The notes under the pieces are model-generated. The model ran no database searches. It was not told the DNA's origin and saw only the letters and a list, made by a program, of their open reading frames with translations. DNA of 63,134 nt, the filler included, from Rhabdomonas costata (Eukaryota), in the NCBI GenBank assembly GCA_019059605.1. It is 53 parts of 53 records of this genome, joined end to end, with 100 filler letters (N's around TTAATTAATTAA, not from the genome) between each part and the next. Parts side by side here need not be neighbours in the genome. Positions count along the whole stretch, not along the records: positions 23,870 to 24,958 come from JAHMHO010028980.1; positions 25,059 to 26,151 come from JAHMHO010028981.1; positions 26,252 to 27,345 come from JAHMHO010028982.1; positions 27,446 to 28,538 come from JAHMHO010028983.1; positions 28,639 to 29,731 come from JAHMHO010028984.1; positions 29,832 to 30,924 come from JAHMHO010028985.1; positions 31,025 to 32,117 come from JAHMHO010028986.1; positions 32,218 to 33,310 come from JAHMHO010028987.1; 45 more parts are not named here. One strand, written 5' to 3'. Position 1 is the first letter of the stretch. The number at the start of each line of letters is the position of its first letter. The position numbers and the translations under genes are program-made. Shown here piece after piece: positions 24,237 to 34,503 of the stretch.

Positions 24237-24958
24237 CTGGAAAGAAGGGAAGGAGGAGGGTGAGGGTGCGAACGAGTCTCCAAAGGGTTCTCAACGGGGT
24301 CCTTCGAGGTGGCAAACACGGACTGGTACTGCGTGAGTATGTCAAACAGATGGATCTTAATCACGGAGGTCACCTTGCTCATCTGAACCCCAGTCACATG
24401 AAATTGCAAAACGCAAACACTCGGTCGGTTGGGTTTGGCTGGGGGCATTGGTGCATTGGTGCGGCACGCAGAATTCCTTGCAAAATCTACAGCTAGTGGG
24501 GGGGGGGGGCAACATCCTTTTTGGCCTCTCATAGCTTTGGAGCAGCAGTAAATAGCAGTAATTGACGAAGAAGAGTGAAGTGGGGCAGGTGAGTTCACGC
24601 GTTACATCAACACTGCTTCCCCCCCCCCAAAAAAAAATCAACGGCCAAAACATACCTGAGCCCCAAAGATCGCTCATTCTTAATATCCTTAACGGCGAAA
24701 CCATGAAACTTGGTGTTTTCGCGTTTTCTTTTTTATATATAGAAAAGGCAATGAATGCTGATTCGCCCGCTTAAAACAGGAGAGAGTTTGTGTGTTTGTG
24801 TCGCGCATACGTGAGTAGAATGTGGCGTGGCATGCGACGGAGAAGCCTCCGCGAGGATGCGCCGCAAGTACTGATGCCGCTTCTGCAGGAACAACAGCCG
24901 CAGCTCCTTTTCCGTCATGATCTTCAGCCGCCGCAAAAAGGCCACAACACCAAAACCC
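24237..24958 (-). CDS. COG8: Conserved oligomeric Golgi complex subunit 8 (Dor1), exons <24958-24811 and 24382-~24237
   Basis: AFLRRLKIMTEKELRLLFLQKR...|MSKVTSVIKIHLFDILTQYQSVF matches COG8 YLRR...E.ELR..FLQ.R and HLFDI.TQY..F. Confidence 0.85.
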
Positions 24959-25061
24959 NNNNNNNNNNNNNNNNNNNNNNNNNNNNNNNNNNNNNNNNNN
25001 NNTTAATTAATTAANNNNNNNNNNNNNNNNNNNNNNNNNNNNNNNNNNNNNNNNNNNNGGT

Positions 25062-25209
25062 GGTTGGGAAGAACAAAATTCACAACAGGTTAGGGATGTG
25101 AATAGTGAGTAAGTGTGTGTGTGTGTGTGTGGTGAACGTACTGCGTGGAGGTCTGTGGGAAGGAGGTTGGGAAGAACAAAATTCACAACAGGTTAGGGAT
25201 GTGAATAGT
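25062..25209. repeat. 45-bp direct repeat x2 (25062-25106, 25165-25209) flanking a (GT)n tract
   Basis: GGTTGGGAAGAACAAAATTCACAACAGGTTAGGGATGTGAATAGT occurs twice. Confidence 0.9.
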
Positions 25210-26319
25210 TGCGTTTGTGGGGTGTTGTGTGTGGTTGTCACAGAACAAGAACCTCTATACCCCAAAAAGAGAGCTGGCACCTTGGAAGCGCGATTGTGCG
25301 AGAGCTTTTTTCGGAGCTGCCCAAATAAAAACCCTCCGAGCGACTCCTCGCCTCCCCAGTGCACACAGACCATCGGCCCTCCCAGAGGCACCACGAACGC
25401 ACAGCGGATCCACACCCAAAACTATCATACAAACGCACCTTTGGGGGGCTGTCCCCAGGAGAGAGGTCTCGTGCAGGGGACAGCCCTCCCTCCAGAACAG
25501 CAAGGCACCCACCCACCCACACACAGGGCACAAAGAGATACGTCCCAAAGCCTCCACCCTTGCCCACGACTCAACCCCGGTTTCCGGGCACGCAACTCTG
25601 GAGACGGTTTACCAATGCCTTCCGGGCAACGGAAAGCAAACAAAAGGGGGGAGGGCCCTTGTGGGCGCAGGCGGGGCCTCTCCCATTTCTGGAGCCAAAG
25701 CCCTGAGGGTGAGGTCGGAGGAGGAGAATCGGTGGGTCACTGAAATCCGAAATCCATATGTATCCCTAATGAGTCGGAGGGAGGTCCCAATTGCAGCTCA
25801 AGGCCCATGAGGGCTCTGAGATCGCTAACATTACCCCACCCCCCAATTGCCAGAAACAAAAACTAGTAAAGACATCGTTTGCAAAAGAAAAGAAAAGCCT
25901 TGAAAATATTGTGCGCAGATCCACCCACTGATTGTTTGATTGACTGAAGCCTCGAGCTGTGACACACATCGACAGCGAACCCCATATTCAGAGAATCTGC
26001 AGCTAGCTCTACCAATCGTCACGGCATCACCTAAACGGGCGACAATTGTAAATTTTTATGGTGTTTTATGGTGGTGGGGCCAAAGAACATAGCTGTGCAA
26101 GTAAATCTGTCACTTGTAAACTGCGTCACCATGGACTCCCCTGGATTATAANNNNNNNNNNNNNNNNNNNNNNNNNNNNNNNNNNNNNNNNNNNNTTAAT
26201 TAATTAANNNNNNNNNNNNNNNNNNNNNNNNNNNNNNNNNNNNNNNNNNNNCGGGTTTCGTGGCGTTGTTTCGTGCTTCTCTGTCCTGTGTCGTGGACCA
26301 AGCGTTAGAACAGTAGAAT

Positions 26320-26360
26320 TCTTTGCTTTGCTTTGCTTTGCTTTGCTTTGCTTTGCTTTG
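26320..26360. repeat. (CTTTG)n microsatellite
   Basis: About 8 tandem pentamers. Other simple repeats: (AACGG)n ~11614-11633, (GGTAA/GGTTA)n ~31546-31576, (GCGT)n/(GT)n 44315-44470, (TGCGG)n ~47806-47827, (CA)n 53378-53417. Confidence 0.95.
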
Positions 26361-27990
26361 TTGCCTCTTTGGGGAACTGTCGCGTACCCCCGTATCCGTG
26401 AAGGTAAGTTTGTGATGCATGGGGTTGCTGTTGTGTATGGTGTGTCTGGTGCTTCTACGGTGAATGGGTGTTTTGTGTCTGGTGTCGGGTGTTGCTTGGG
26501 GGTTGGGTTGTGGTGTCGAGGGTGCTCTATGGATTCTGTGTGTGTGTTGTGGGTTTGGGTGACTTTGGTGGGTTGGGTATGTGGCTATGATGTTGTTGGG
26601 AGGGTTGGTGTTGGGTCTCGCAGTCGTGGTAGTTGTTGGGCTCATTGTGGTTGGGTGTGGGGTCATGGTTGCGTTGGTCGGGTTGGTCGTGGTGCACTGT
26701 GTGCTGTTGGTCGTCGTGGTTGGGTCACTTCACTGGGACTTGGTGTTGGCCTTGGCGTGGAGTGTGGTGGTCTTGGCGGTATGGGGTTGGTGGCTGTGGG
26801 TGTTGGTGCATGTGGGTTCTTGACCTTGTTGTTGGGATTGCGTTGCTACTGGTGGGTGGTGGTGTGCATGGAGTTGTGTTGGAGTTGGACGGTGCGTGGA
26901 TGTTGGAGCTATGGTGGTGGAGAATGGTTGTGGAGATGGTGCAATGGGTGGAGTGGGGTGGATGGTGGTGCTGTTGGGCCGCCAACCCACCACTCAACCC
27001 ACACAGATGAAAGTTGGTGAGGTGATGTGGTAATGCTGGTGCATTGCCCACCCTTCTCAAGCAAGCTACATAGCCCGAGTCATGCTTTCACTGTATGTGG
27101 TTGAGGTGTCATAGTGACCGGTAGTGGAAGCTGTGCATAGGAGCTACAATTGATACAATAGCCATATGCGTAGGACTGACAGCATAACAACCACCGCTCA
27201 GACTAAGACACCCGAACAACTGCATGAAGCTATGAATGTTATCGTTGGTGGTGACAGTGGTACAGTGAGCCTAGGGCATAGCCGGTATGTATGATCCCCC
27301 ACTCCAACTACTGCAAAACCACCCCTACGTTCCTTCCTCACTACANNNNNNNNNNNNNNNNNNNNNNNNNNNNNNNNNNNNNNNNNNNNTTAATTAATTA
27401 ANNNNNNNNNNNNNNNNNNNNNNNNNNNNNNNNNNNNNNNNNNNNGGGTTTGTGGGCCAGGGGACGGTCTACCTGACCCTATGTTCTTGCTTATGGGTTA
27501 GGCCGCCGATGTCACTGCAGCGTATGGGACCAGTGCGAAAGCTGCTTGACCAGCCGTGTGGCCTGTGTTTCACCTGCATAGCCCACAATCATGGCACATT
27601 GAAGAGGGAAGGCCAGTTTGCATTGCTTGTAGTTTTGCGGAATGCCTGCGTTTGTACCAAAAAAAGGAGTCTTCTGTCTTGTGCTTTGTGCAGATTGGCC
27701 CTTATAGAAAGTATGATGTAGGCATTACCATGCAAGCCGCATATTTTAACTCGGGGGGGGGGTGCCGTTTCGGGATGTATTTACGGTGTTTGCCTTTCGA
27801 TCGGTTTTTGCTCCGAACGTCAATCCCACTGTGAAGACCTGTTCTGCGGAAGCACTCAGATAGCAGTCTCCCTGCGCGGTGTTCCGAGCCTCTTATGCTG
27901 TATTTAGATGGCGTGTCTGGTTCTCACGTAAGAGCAGGATACGGGCACGGAGCATCTTACCACACCTCTTCTGCGTGGCCGGGGGTTTAG

Positions 27991-28120
27991 TGCGACATCC
28001 TCGACTGGGTGGAGAAACTGGTCGCCGTGCGTGGACATACCCAGTTCGTTGCCTTGAAGGACGTGGTTCATGACCTGGAGACAAAGAGTGTGGTCCTGCT
28101 GCTGGAACCTCGGATGATGG
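27991..28120 (+). CDS. Protein kinase-like exon (subdomains III-V)
   Basis: AG|CDILDWVEKLVAVRGHTQFVALKDVVHDLETKSVVLLLEPRMMG|GT resembles the 'H..(I/F)V.L.DV.......L..E' kinase segment. Confidence 0.55.
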
Positions 28121-28947
28121 GTAGCCGTATTTTTCGCCATTCGTTCTTGACGTTCCACGTCGCATATTGTAAGGTCCCTCCCCAGAAAAGCCAGAGGCCG
28201 CCTGAGGGATTGAAGTGGCCTTCCTGTTGTCTTGCCTGTCAGCATGCGCGATCCCGTTCTTTGTTGTATGCTCCAAAGCGCACACAGTGCACTTCCAGTC
28301 GGTGTATCTTTGTACTGCTCTCTTTTTCAGACTTTTTGTTTTGCTCATTCTTCGTCTTCCACTGCGTCCAACCTTCTCTCCAACGCCCAGTTACAAAAAA
28401 AATGCTGAAATGGTCCTTATAGAAAGCACTTCAATTTCGGTTTCGGTGTTGTCAAGCGTTTTTAACCACCGACTCGTGCACGCGGCGATTTCTTCGCTTG
28501 AATGTTCCCGTTGCAGACCTGGAGGTGGACCCCCACACNNNNNNNNNNNNNNNNNNNNNNNNNNNNNNNNNNNNNNNNNNNNTTAATTAATTAANNNNNN
28601 NNNNNNNNNNNNNNNNNNNNNNNNNNNNNNNNNNNNNNCGATGCGATTTCTGATTGGAAATTTTTCACAGAACCTTTTTGGTATGATTGTGTTGGTTGGA
28701 TCGATAAGCCACACGTTCTGTGTTTGAAGAGGAGGGGGTTGGGTTTGCTGATAACAGCTTTTTCGGCCAAATATGTTTCGAGGCGTGCCGGGGGAAAGGG
28801 TACGCAGCATCATGGTATGCAGCAGCATCCCTTGGACTTAGGTCTGCTTGCCCGACTTTGAACACTGGACGTTGACCGCGATTATGGACTGTTTCCCCTG
28901 AGGAACAAAATGGAGAGGTGGAAGGTTGCTGTATGCCCTACCCACAG

Positions 28948-29130
28948 AATGGCAGCGTAGACCTTCAGCGGACTCCCGTGCGGGCAGACGACGAGGCCAT
29001 CGCGAGGCTCCGGCACGATGCCGCCGCGGCGGAACACACCGTGCAGTATGTGCTTCCCTCGCGTGAAGGATGGGGCTTCCATGCGGGTGTCCGGCGCCTT
29101 GCGGACAAAGTCCACCGAGGCAAACTGTGA
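28948..29130 (+). CDS. Probable terminal exon of an unknown protein
   Basis: CCCACAG acceptor, then a GC3-rich frame NGSVDLQRTPV...REGWGFHAGVRRLADKVHRGKL*. Confidence 0.4.
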   Translation, partial: NGSVDLQRTPVRADDEAIARLRHDAAAAEHTVQYVLPSREGWGFHAGVRRLADKVHRGKL

Positions 29131-29831
29131 ACCACCCCCCACACACATCCAACTGATGGATATAACATCACCAAACGACCGTATGTTAACATTGGTGCAT
29201 TTTATGGATATAGAGATGTAAAGAAAAAACTACCCTTACGCGCCACGCCACATCCACCTATCATCCAGTGGCTGCAAAAGTAGAAAATAGAAAATTCGCA
29301 GCAACAGATTTTTTCTCTCTCACGTGAGTGCGAATGAAAAAGGCAGGGGGCACCGCTTTTCAATGCTGAAGGCGAAAACAAATCGTTGTACAAATCGTTC
29401 CTGGCACACCGGCGTGCAGGTGGGCGGACGGTGCGCCAGCCTACAGTTCTTTCTCTTATCAGTATGCAGGCCTGCAAAGGGCCAAAAAGGGCCCTTGCAA
29501 GCCTATGTTAAGGCAAAAAGGGCTCAAAAATACCCCAAAACGGCCCTGAAATGACCTCTAGCGCGGATCTAAACTACTTACTATACTATCAAATATGAGC
29601 ACCAACCCGTCACTCTAGCTCGAGTTCTGAGGTCAATGTTAGGTCTCCGGTCCGGGAGTGACCATGGCGGATGTCACCCAGCGAATAGGGTGAGGTTTTG
29701 GGCCGAAGTAAGTGGTCCTACCCCCACACACNNNNNNNNNNNNNNNNNNNNNNNNNNNNNNNNNNNNNNNNNNNNTTAATTAATTAANNNNNNNNNNNNN
29801 NNNNNNNNNNNNNNNNNNNNNNNNNNNNNNN

Positions 29832-30632
29832 TTGTTTGGGTTGTGATACCTAGATTGTAATAAATTTTTAATATAGCCGGACATTGGCAGTGCGTGTAAT
29901 TGCTTATTCTTGGTATTGCTGATACTGATGGTATTACTGCTCCAATCTATATCATTCCACTGTAATCTAGCTGCCTCTTGTTTCCTAAAGCCTGTAAAGA
30001 GCAACAACACTAAGTAATCTCTTATGGTAGAACTTTTTACAGTATCACTATCGTTTAATGCTGTTACACCATCATACCATTTTGGCAGTTGAGCTGGGGT
30101 TAACACACTGCTACGCCTTTTAAGGTCGTACCAACTTTTAGTGTGAGACAAAACTTTAACAGGATTGTCCGCCACTATAGCTTTACCAGCATCATCAAAA
30201 TAATTACCAGATGCAAATGTGTAGATGGCTCTTAACATTCTCATTGTCAAATTAGAACCAGCTTTACTGGTTGTTCCTAACTCCTCATGTTTTTTGCTTA
30301 TCATCTCTCGGCTTATAGAAGGTAATTGTTTATCGCACCAGCAGCTCAATTCTTTATTCATAATGTTGGTGTAAATGGTTAGAGTGGTATTAGACAAGTT
30401 CTTTCGAGCTTTAATAAAGTCGGTAAAAGCTTGTTGTAGTGTTGGTATTGTTACTTGTTGTTCTAATTTTTCTTGAATCGGATTAACACCACCCTAAATT
30501 TTAGCTAGAGCTTCTTGAGCGAGTTGTCTAGCAGCATCTATGGATAGAGCAGGATATTGGCCAATAGAAAAGCGATAGAACTTTTTATTGAGCTTCTTTT
30601 CAATAAAAAAAGTTTTTAACCCTTTGTCTGTA
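29832..30632 (-). mobile_element. int: Bacterial/prophage tyrosine recombinase (P4-like integrase with Arm DNA-binding domain), truncated at both ends, one in-frame TAG at 30494-30496
   Basis: AT-rich and intronless. TDKGLKTFFIEKKLNKKFYRFSIGQYPALSIDAARQLA (Arm domain), RDYLVLLLFTGFRKQEAARLQWNDID (box I, catalytic R), TKNKQLHALPMS (catalytic K). Confidence 0.92.
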
Positions 30633-30734
30633 AAAGGATTCTTCTGGGCCACCAGCTCGAAATTGAACCTGGCGTACCCAAATGGATTTCAGGTGTGGTT
30701 CTCGTCGCGGTTTTGTTGTTCTGCCGAAACAAAG

Positions 30735-30845
30735 GTCGCTGCCTTGGAGGCCAAGGTTGCTCAGCTCAGCGCAGAAATTGCCGCGCTACAGGAGCGCCTA
30801 AAGGGCTCGCTGGACTGCGTCATTTCACCGCAGACCGAGCGCGAG
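30735..30845 (+). CDS. Host-type coiled-coil exon next to the integrase
   Basis: AAAG|VAALEAKVAQLSAEIAALQERLKGSLDCVISPQTERE|GT; GC-rich, with a heptad pattern. Confidence 0.5.
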
Positions 30846-31372
30846 GTAACCATCGCATTCCACTTTGACCTCTCTTTCATGGCATCCCGGTCCCTTTCAG
30901 TTTCTCCTTCCTTTAAACCCCACANNNNNNNNNNNNNNNNNNNNNNNNNNNNNNNNNNNNNNNNNNNNTTAATTAATTAANNNNNNNNNNNNNNNNNNNN
31001 NNNNNNNNNNNNNNNNNNNNNNNNGGGGTGTGAAAGAGAAGATAACAATGGGACGACGCATAAAAAGGGTTGTCAACGTCCTCGCAAAGTGTTTCCCATC
31101 GCATGCGAGGAAGTAACGGTCCAAGATTGAAGCATCCCCACTGAAGGCCGTTAGTCAACTCCGAAGGGAAAAGGTGTACCTGTTGCAAATGGTGAAGGGT
31201 TCCAGGTGTGTGATTTCTTTTGTGCGGAGCTTTTCAATTTTCTCTCTCACTGTGTGTTTTTGGATGGGAAAATTGAGGCTTTCGATATTTCTTCCTCTGG
31301 TGGAAAGGAAGGATCTCTCTCACTTTTTTCTTAGGGGTTGGTTAATTCGATACCCGGCTCTTTTTCTCACAG

Positions 31373-31931
31373 GCTCTGGCTCGCAGCAGGGCATTAATGC
31401 GGCAGCTTTCCGCGCAGTTTGACTTGAAGATGCTCCACCGGCTGGGCTCTGGCAATCGAATGGTGGAAATCGAGATGATTCTCACGAAACTGAGTATGAC
31501 AATTGCAAGAAATAGCAGCTCTCCTTAAATTTGCTTTACAACACCGGGTAAGGTAAGGTTAGGTAAGGTAAGGTTAGTTAAGTACATTCGGTAGTCTGGA
31601 CCAAATCACCCTGGTAGGTGCCCAGTAACCGCAAGGTTGGTCCTCTGAGCGGTTTCTCCAGGAGACTGGTGGGCTGTGTGCCACCTACTTAACTCCCTTC
31701 CACCCTCCCTCAGGGCGGGTTACCACGGCGCACTACATGGCCCGCCGGCTGGCTATTCGGGCGGGCGCGGTGGCCCTGCTGGTGCGGGTGCTGCAGTGCC
31801 TGACCCGGAACACCGTGGACCTCCCCGCGAAGCTCTCCGCTGTGGGCACCCTGGCCAACCTGGCCTGCCCTCACCCCAGAGCGCTGTTTGCCCATCCTGG
31901 GCTGCCCGAGACCTTGTGCACCCAGCTGACG
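31373..31931 (+). CDS. ARM/HEAT-repeat-like protein, exons 31373-31493 and 31714-31931
   Basis: In-phase splice ...MILTKL-R-RVTTAHYMARRLAIRAGAVALLVRVL...AVGTLANLA; ARM-like G...LV..L and A.G.L.NLA pattern. Confidence 0.6.
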
Positions 31932-32527
31932 GTCCGTGGCTGCCCCTCTCTGCGCACTGTGTGTGCATGTGACCTCAGATCTGCGAGAGGTACATGGGTT
32001 TGCATGGAGTAATCCCAAATTTAATCTGTAGGACAATAGTTCAGTGCTTCAGAAAGGTAACTGTGACTTGGCAGGCAAAAATAAGCACCAGCAAATGGGT
32101 AAAAAAGCCCACAAACANNNNNNNNNNNNNNNNNNNNNNNNNNNNNNNNNNNNNNNNNNNNTTAATTAATTAANNNNNNNNNNNNNNNNNNNNNNNNNNN
32201 NNNNNNNNNNNNNNNNNTTTTGGTGTGGCCCCCTCCTCCTCCCCTTTCTCCCCCATCATGACAGCAACCCGAACGCAGTGGCAGAGTTAAAAGGATGCTC
32301 TGAGCTTAAATCGATTTTTAGTACCCTTGCTTCCGGGCAATTTGGGGTCTGCACAAAATTGGATGAATATCATTAGGAAACATTCGCTTTGTTTCAAGCT
32401 CGACTTGAAAGTGAATAGCCATTTTTTTTCGAATCAAGCCTAATTTTCAAGTCATGGAATTTTTCTTGCTTTTTGGTTGTGCATTTTGGCATTTCTTGAG
32501 CAGTGTGATTCGTTTCGTTTTGCGCAG

Positions 32528-33310
32528 CTTTTCTTTACGTTGTGGCTGCACCCGCTGTGTCGCAAAGCGCTGGAGACGTACGAGACGGTTGGAATCAACG
32601 CTTTGCCCGGGCGACAGTACAGGTTCTTGGGGTTCCCTCCTTCTCTTGAAAGGCCTTGCAAAGTCATATACTATAGCGCAGAACTGCCACGATTCCTGTC
32701 CAGCGTCTAACACCTTTGCTTGTGATGTGGTTGTGGTTGCGTTTATTGTAATTCAGTGTTTGCCTATGGAATTAGTCGATTGTCGGTTGTTTGGGTCTCT
32801 GCGCACATCAGCTCAGCTCCCAGTGGAAGTGAAAAAAGGTTCATTTGTGGACGGGGGGCGGCAAAAGACAGGAAATTTGTTGCATTGTCGCAAATGGGTG
32901 CACCCCGATTCCCAACCATGACATCCAATGACCAGAACATCCCATCTGCTGTTTGTTATCATTCATGTATTCTGCTTTGGGTCTCGCTTCAGCGTCCTTC
33001 TCTGCGAGCGGGCCTCTTCTTCTTCTGAGTTAAAATAGAACTTTGGGACGAGACCTGGTTTTGAAACTCACCGAACTCACCGAACTCACATCACACAGAA
33101 ATTTTCAAAAAAAAATCAATTCAGCAGTTCCTTTTAATATTATAGTCGAAGCTTTCAACTAAATTTGTCTGTATGGGTTGTTCAGTGGGAACTTTTGGTG
33201 GGCCACGGCCAACTACATCCAAGCCCTCAAACCCCCGGGCTGGAACAATGCCGATCGGTTTGAGGCCGAGAAGTTCATTGGCACCGTCTCCTGGAAAGAG
33301 CCCGGGCCGT
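32528..33310 (+). CDS. Uncharacterised 'SGNFWW' domain protein (putative glycosyltransferase-like), exons 32528-32622 and 33186->33310
   Basis: Splicing GT(32623)...AG(33185) gives LFFTLWLHPLCRKALETYETVGINALPGRQYSGNFWWATANYIQALKPPGWNNADRFEAEKFIG. Confidence 0.75.
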
Positions 33311-34344
33311 NNNNNNNNNNNNNNNNNNNNNNNNNNNNNNNNNNNNNNNNNNNNTTAATTAATTAANNNNNNNNNNNNNNNNNNNNNNNNNNNNNNNNNN
33401 NNNNNNNNNNGTGTTGGGTGTGGTTGGGGTGTTTGCGTTGCCATCACCATCTCATTCTGCACTATATGACAGCACTTCAGGTCCCTTTCGTTGGCGGCAG
33501 CAGGTAGTTGGCGGGGGACTTGCATGCGATGTTTAGTGTGTGCCTCCACCCACTTCGGTTTTCTCCTCGCACCTCTCCTTGTAAAGGAAACGCCCCCGTT
33601 TCTCCCATTCCCATGGTTTCGTGGTGGTGTTTCGTGCTTCTCTCTGTCATGGACCATTGAACGATGGGCATTGTTTCTGCCAGTCAAGGTAAAAAGAATT
33701 CTTCGCAGTTAAATATGCATCTTTCTTTCGGTACCTGGAAAATGCCCGTTTTTAGCAACACTTCAACTGCCACAGCGCTTTTCCCTCCAATCTGATCCTC
33801 ACTTGCCGCCTGCTTGACCTTTCGCAAGTCTTCACAGGCATACACACACATGTCAAAACCAGCCTATCAAAGATAACCATTGTCGGGTGCATTCAGACCC
33901 CCTATTCTTGAGCTAGAGAGTCGATTCCCATACCGCACGATTTCGCACAGCGATGACTGAGGGCATGCGTAGTGTGGGCGAGTACACCCGATCTGGAAAC
34001 TGCAGCCCCTCCGGGGGGCGCTGCACCAGCTAGCTCTCGAAAAAGGAAGAATATGATAATTTCACCCAAGCCCAAGCGGCGGCAGCGGCAGCAGCAGCGA
34101 ACACCCAAGCTGCCTGAGCTGGGCCTTCATATTATAGCCAATTACAAGGCAAACACTATTTGTACGACACACACAACACACACAAAGCTGGGTGTGAAGA
34201 AAGGAACATTGGTACGGATGCTGTCAGTCACCGAGAGAGCTCGAATCCATTTCACGGTCGACTTAAGATGATGATTGAGAAATGTCTATCCCCCCCCAAA
34301 AAAAACACAAAGAGAGAGCGAAGAGAGAGCGAGAGAGACAGGAC

Positions 34345-34503
34345 CTAGGTCCCTCCGTGTGCAGCAGCACCGTCAGGACGTCCACTGCCTGGCAGGCACA
34401 GTCCTCCACAGCGTCCATCTCCTCCTGGCCCTCCTCCTCCTCCTCGTCTTCCTCCTCTTCAGCCTCGGCGGCGGCCCCCTTCTTGGTCCCCTTCCACCAA
34501 CAC
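34345..34503 (-). CDS. Exon with an acidic tract (unknown protein)
   Basis: KGTKKGAAAEAEEEEDEEEEEGQEEMDAVEDCACQAVDVLTVLLHTEG, GC3-rich. Confidence 0.4.

Noticed and set aside
25062..25209. 45-bp repeat pair as a mini CRISPR array or telomere seed (contains GGTTAGGG)
   Set aside because: Only two copies, the spacer is a (GT)n microsatellite, there is no cas gene and no tandem TTAGGG.
26328..27020. 230-aa Gly/Val/Cys/Trp-rich ORF
   Set aside because: Explained by G/T skew, which suppresses stop codons; it begins within a microsatellite.
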